Assembly: GCA_050249535.1 (NCBI GenBank)
Contig: JBFWQI010000003.1
Coordinates: forward strand, 54,750-118,749
Reading direction: 5' to 3'
Source: Blastocatellales bacterium
GTDB taxonomy: Bacteria > Acidobacteriota > Blastocatellia > RBC074
DNA: 64,000 nt
This document shows, piece after piece, positions 61,229 to 64,000 of this stretch (its first letter is position 1; each line of letters begins with the position of its first letter). The position numbers were made by a program, and so were the translations under genes. The notes beneath the pieces were generated by a model that was given only the letters and a program-made list of their open reading frames with translations, did no database searches and was not told where the DNA came from.

Positions 61229-63229
61229 ATGAAGTTTTTCAGCCGCCCGAGAGTCCTTCCGCTGTCCGAAAAACTATCCCGCACACTGAAAAGAGAGTTT
61301 CCGATGAGAGAATTGCGATTCAAGCTGTTTATCGTCGCAGCGCTGATTCTGTCTCCCGTTTCGGGGTATGTGCTGCACGAATCCGCCGAAGCGCGGAATG
61401 CCGTGCCTGCGCCGCAGGTGTTGAAGGTCGAGCCGCCCGACTGGTGGGCCGGTCAGTCGATCGGCAGCGCCCGCAATCCGCTCAGGCTGCTGGTGCGGGG
61501 AACGGATCTCGGCGCCGCCCGGCTCAACTCCTCAACCCGGGGGATCCGCGTCTCGAACGTCAGGATCAATGAAGCCGGGACATACCTCTTCGCCGATCTG
61601 GTGATCGACCGGAACCTCAGGCCCGGGAGCTACCCGCTGACCGTCGTCACGCCGGGAGGCACGGTTTCGGCGCCCTTCGCGATTTCCCCGGAGCTCGACA
61701 GGACTTCCAATTTCCAGGGTTTCAGTCAGGACGATGTGATCTATCTGATCATGCCCGATCGGTTCGCCAACGGAGATCGGTCGAACGACGATCCCGCCGT
61801 TTCGCGCGGCCTGCTCGATCGCAGCAAGGGGCGGCGCTATCACGGCGGAGACCTGCAGGGGATCATCGACCGGCTGCCGTATCTGAAGGATCTCGGCATC
61901 ACGGCCATCTGGATGAATCCGATCTATGACAACAACAACCGGCTGGACACGAAAGAGGTCTATGACAACGAGCCGACCACGGGCTATCACGGGTACGGCG
62001 CCGTGGACTTCTACGCCGTAGAGGAGCATTTCGGCGATCTGGCGAAGTTCAGGGAGCTGGTGCAGAAGGCGCATGCCGCCGGGATCAGGATCATTCAGGA
62101 TCAGGTGGCCAATCACACCGGCCCGTATCATCCGTGGGTGAGCGATCCGCCGACGCCGACCTGGTTCAACGGAACGGAGTCCGATCACGTCAATGAGAAC
62201 TGGCAGACGCACCTGCTGATGGATCCGAATGCGTCGGATGAGCTCAAGGTGCCGGTGCTCGACGGCTGGTTCGTCAACATCCTGCCGGATCTCAACCAGG
62301 GCGATCCTGAGGTCGAGAAGTACATTATCCAGAACACGCTCTGGTGGATCGGCGCGACGGGACTCGATGCCATTCGACAGGATACTCTGCCGTACGTCCC
62401 GCGCAGCTTCTGGCGGAGCTGGATGACCGCCATCAAACGAGAGTACCCGAACGTCAACGTCGTGGGCGAGACCCTCGACGGTCTGCCGGCGCAGGTCGCC
62501 TTCTTTCAGGGCGGTGTCCCGCGCTTCGACGGCATCGACTCGATGATCGACACGGAGTTCGACTACCCTCTCCATTTCGCGATTCGCGATACCTTCGCCG
62601 GCGGAGGTTCGATGAAGAAGCTGACGGAGATTCTGCATCAGGACTATCTCTACCCCGCGCCTCAGATTCTGGTCACGCTGCTCGGTTCTCACGATGTTGC
62701 GCGATTTATGAACGAACGCGGAGCCACGCCCGAGGGGCTCAAGCTCGCCTTCGCGTTTCTGATGACGATGCGCGGCATTCCGCAGCTCTATTACGGCGAC
62801 GAGATCGCGCTCGGCGGAGGCAACGACCCGGACAACAGGCGGGATTTCCCGGGAGGCTGGCCGGGAGATTCGCGCAATGCCTTCACGGCTGCAGGCAGGA
62901 CGGCCGTCGAGAATGAAGTCTTCGACCATCTGAAAAAGGCGATCGCGCTGCGGCGCGAACTCGAGCCTCTGCGGCGCGGCCGGCTGATGCAGCTTGCGAT
63001 CAGCGATCAGACGTATGCGTTTGCGAGGTATACCTCGAACAAGACGGTCATTGCGGCATTCAACAACAGTCCGCAGCCTCAGGCCGTCGATATTCCGATA
63101 CCGCGCGAACTACGCCTTGGCGACGGAACGGTCATGCGCAACAGGCTCGGATCGGGCGCCCAGGTGAGGATCGAGAACGGCCGCCTAGGATTCACCCTCG
63201 CACCGAGGGCGGCCGTCATCCTTGAATGA
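61229..63229 (+). CDS. GH13 alpha-amylase family glycoside hydrolase (cyclomaltodextrinase/neopullulanase-like) with N-terminal signal peptide and Ig-like domain
   Basis: GH13 regions GITAIWMNPIYDN, RIIQDQVANHTG, GLDAIRQDT, and catalytic-region motifs. GGAG Shine-Dalgarno upstream. Confidence 0.85.
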   Translation: MKFFSRPRVLPLSEKLSRTLKREFPMRELRFKLFIVAALILSPVSGYVLHESAEARNAVPAPQVLKVEPPDWWAGQSIGSARNPLRLLVRGTDLGAARLNSSTRGIRVSNVRINEAGTYLFADLVIDRNLRPGSYPLTVVTPGGTVSAPFAISPELDRTSNFQGFSQDDVIYLIMPDRFANGDRSNDDPAVSRGLLDRSKGRRYHGGDLQGIIDRLPYLKDLGITAIWMNPIYDNNNRLDTKEVYDNEPTTGYHGYGAVDFYAVEEHFGDLAKFRELVQKAHAAGIRIIQDQVANHTGPYHPWVSDPPTPTWFNGTESDHVNENWQTHLLMDPNASDELKVPVLDGWFVNILPDLNQGDPEVEKYIIQNTLWWIGATGLDAIRQDTLPYVPRSFWRSWMTAIKREYPNVNVVGETLDGLPAQVAFFQGGVPRFDGIDSMIDTEFDYPLHFAIRDTFAGGGSMKKLTEILHQDYLYPAPQILVTLLGSHDVARFMNERGATPEGLKLAFAFLMTMRGIPQLYYGDEIALGGGNDPDNRRDFPGGWPGDSRNAFTAAGRTAVENEVFDHLKKAIALRRELEPLRRGRLMQLAISDQTYAFARYTSNKTVIAAFNNSPQPQAVDIPIPRELRLGDGTVMRNRLGSGAQVRIENGRLGFTLAPRAAVILE

Positions 63230-63301
63230 TTCCGGCTCCATGATCGATTGAGCCGGACCGGGCGGCCGGCGACTACAACACAAATCATCCGACTACAATT
63301 T

Positions 63302-64000
63302 ATGAACAAACCAAAACTTGGCTTCTGGCAGATCTGGAACATGAGCTTCGGCTTTCTCGGGATACAGTTCGGCTGGGGACTCCAGCTTGCCAACATGAGC
63401 CCGATCTATAAGTATCTGGGCGCCGATGAGAGCAATCTGCCGTACCTCTGGCTGGCCGGTCCGATGACCGGTCTGCTGGTGCAGCCGATCATCGGGTCGA
63501 TGAGCGACCGGACGTGGAACCGTCTCGGGCGCCGCCGCCCATATTTTCTTGTCGGAGCGATCCTCGCCAGCGTCGCGCTCTTTTTCATGCCTGATTCGTC
63601 GGCGGTCTGGATGGCGGCGGGGCTGCTCTGGATACTGGATGCCAGCATCAACATCACGATGGAGCCGTTTCGCGCTTTCGTGGCTGACAAGCTGAACGAC
63701 GATCAGCGGACGCTCGGTTTCGTCATGCAGAGCTTCTTCATCGGCATCGGACAGACCCTCGCCAACGCCCTGCCGTACATTCTCGGCCTGCTCGGAGTTG
63801 CCGGTGTCATGGCGTCCGGAATTCCGATCGATGTCGATTACTCCTTCAAGATCGGGGCCGCAGCATTTCTGCTGGCGGTCGTCTGGACGGTCGCCACCTC
63901 TCCCGAGTATCCGCCCGAGGACATGGAATCCTTTCTGCGGAGCAAGCGCGAACGGAAAGGCGTGCTGGCGGGATTCTCGGAGATTTTCCACGCCGTCCGC
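63302..64000 (+). CDS. MFS/GPH-family (sucrose-maltose SLC45-like) sugar:cation symporter, 5' portion (runs off window end)
   Basis: RLGRRRPYF motif after TM2 and D...R pattern typical of GPH/SLC45 transporters. Open through position 64000. Adjacent to GH13 gene. Confidence 0.75.
   Translation, partial: MNKPKLGFWQIWNMSFGFLGIQFGWGLQLANMSPIYKYLGADESNLPYLWLAGPMTGLLVQPIIGSMSDRTWNRLGRRRPYFLVGAILASVALFFMPDSSAVWMAAGLLWILDASINITMEPFRAFVADKLNDDQRTLGFVMQSFFIGIGQTLANALPYILGLLGVAGVMASGIPIDVDYSFKIGAAAFLLAVVWTVATSPEYPPEDMESFLRSKRERKGVLAGFSEIFHAVR

Overview
This is a high-GC (about 60-65% by eye), densely coding chromosomal segment of roughly 40 genes. Several content markers are, to my recollection, typical of Acidobacteriota, and naming them relies on recalled family definitions (inference): an ADOP-type duplicated FtsX orphan permease, two VWFA-related acidobacterial-domain secreted proteins, and a giant Ser/Thr-kinase/AAA-ATPase/TPR protein. 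No rRNA, tRNA, CRISPR, transposase or integrase genes were recognised.

Recognisable housekeeping genes:
- rluD-like pseudouridine synthase
- SDR oxidoreductase
- mscL
- ccsBA (ResB/ResC system II cytochrome c biogenesis)
- rhomboid protease
- hbd plus crotonase
- ribH-nusB
- radA
- a LytS/LytTR two-component pair
- TonB-dependent receptor
- OmpA
- GH13 amylase
- MFS/GPH transporter (partial, 3' end)

Accessory content:
1. A 1809-aa single-polypeptide with two tandem lipase-like alpha/beta-hydrolase domains, a CHAT caspase-like protease domain and a TPR-like tail. I consider this the best candidate for an undescribed conflict/regulated-effector system.
2. A SAM methyltransferase fused to about 25 tandem 11-residue amphipathic-helix repeats (33-bp DNA repeats), in a glycosyltransferase/methyltransferase cluster.
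3. A 1426-aa Gly-rich (GGNGG low-complexity) surface protein with CSLREA-like N-terminus and tandem Ig-like repeats. Its C-terminal about 280-aa domain is paralogous to a standalone secreted protein elsewhere in the window.
4. Two paralogous GT-C-like polytopic membrane proteins, one in an apparent operon with CheY, an S8 protease (Zn-ribbon N-terminus) and a NYN/YacP-like nuclease.
5. A beta-lactamase-related hydrolase fused to NamZ/DUF1343, next to YddW-like and S1 protease genes (peptidoglycan turnover).

The intergenic DNA carries three distinct repeat systems: MITE-like elements with GCCAAG-triplet terminal inverted repeats (4 copies), a GTTTCCAGTTGCC terminal-inverted-repeat (TIR) family (3-4 copies, one compound with the former), and (GTAGAAA)n heptamer tracts at 4 loci. 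There is also an inverted array of TGACAGGATT repeats upstream of a GT-C gene.

Many long ORFs in the supplied track are Arg/Pro-rich antisense shadows of real genes and were rejected.
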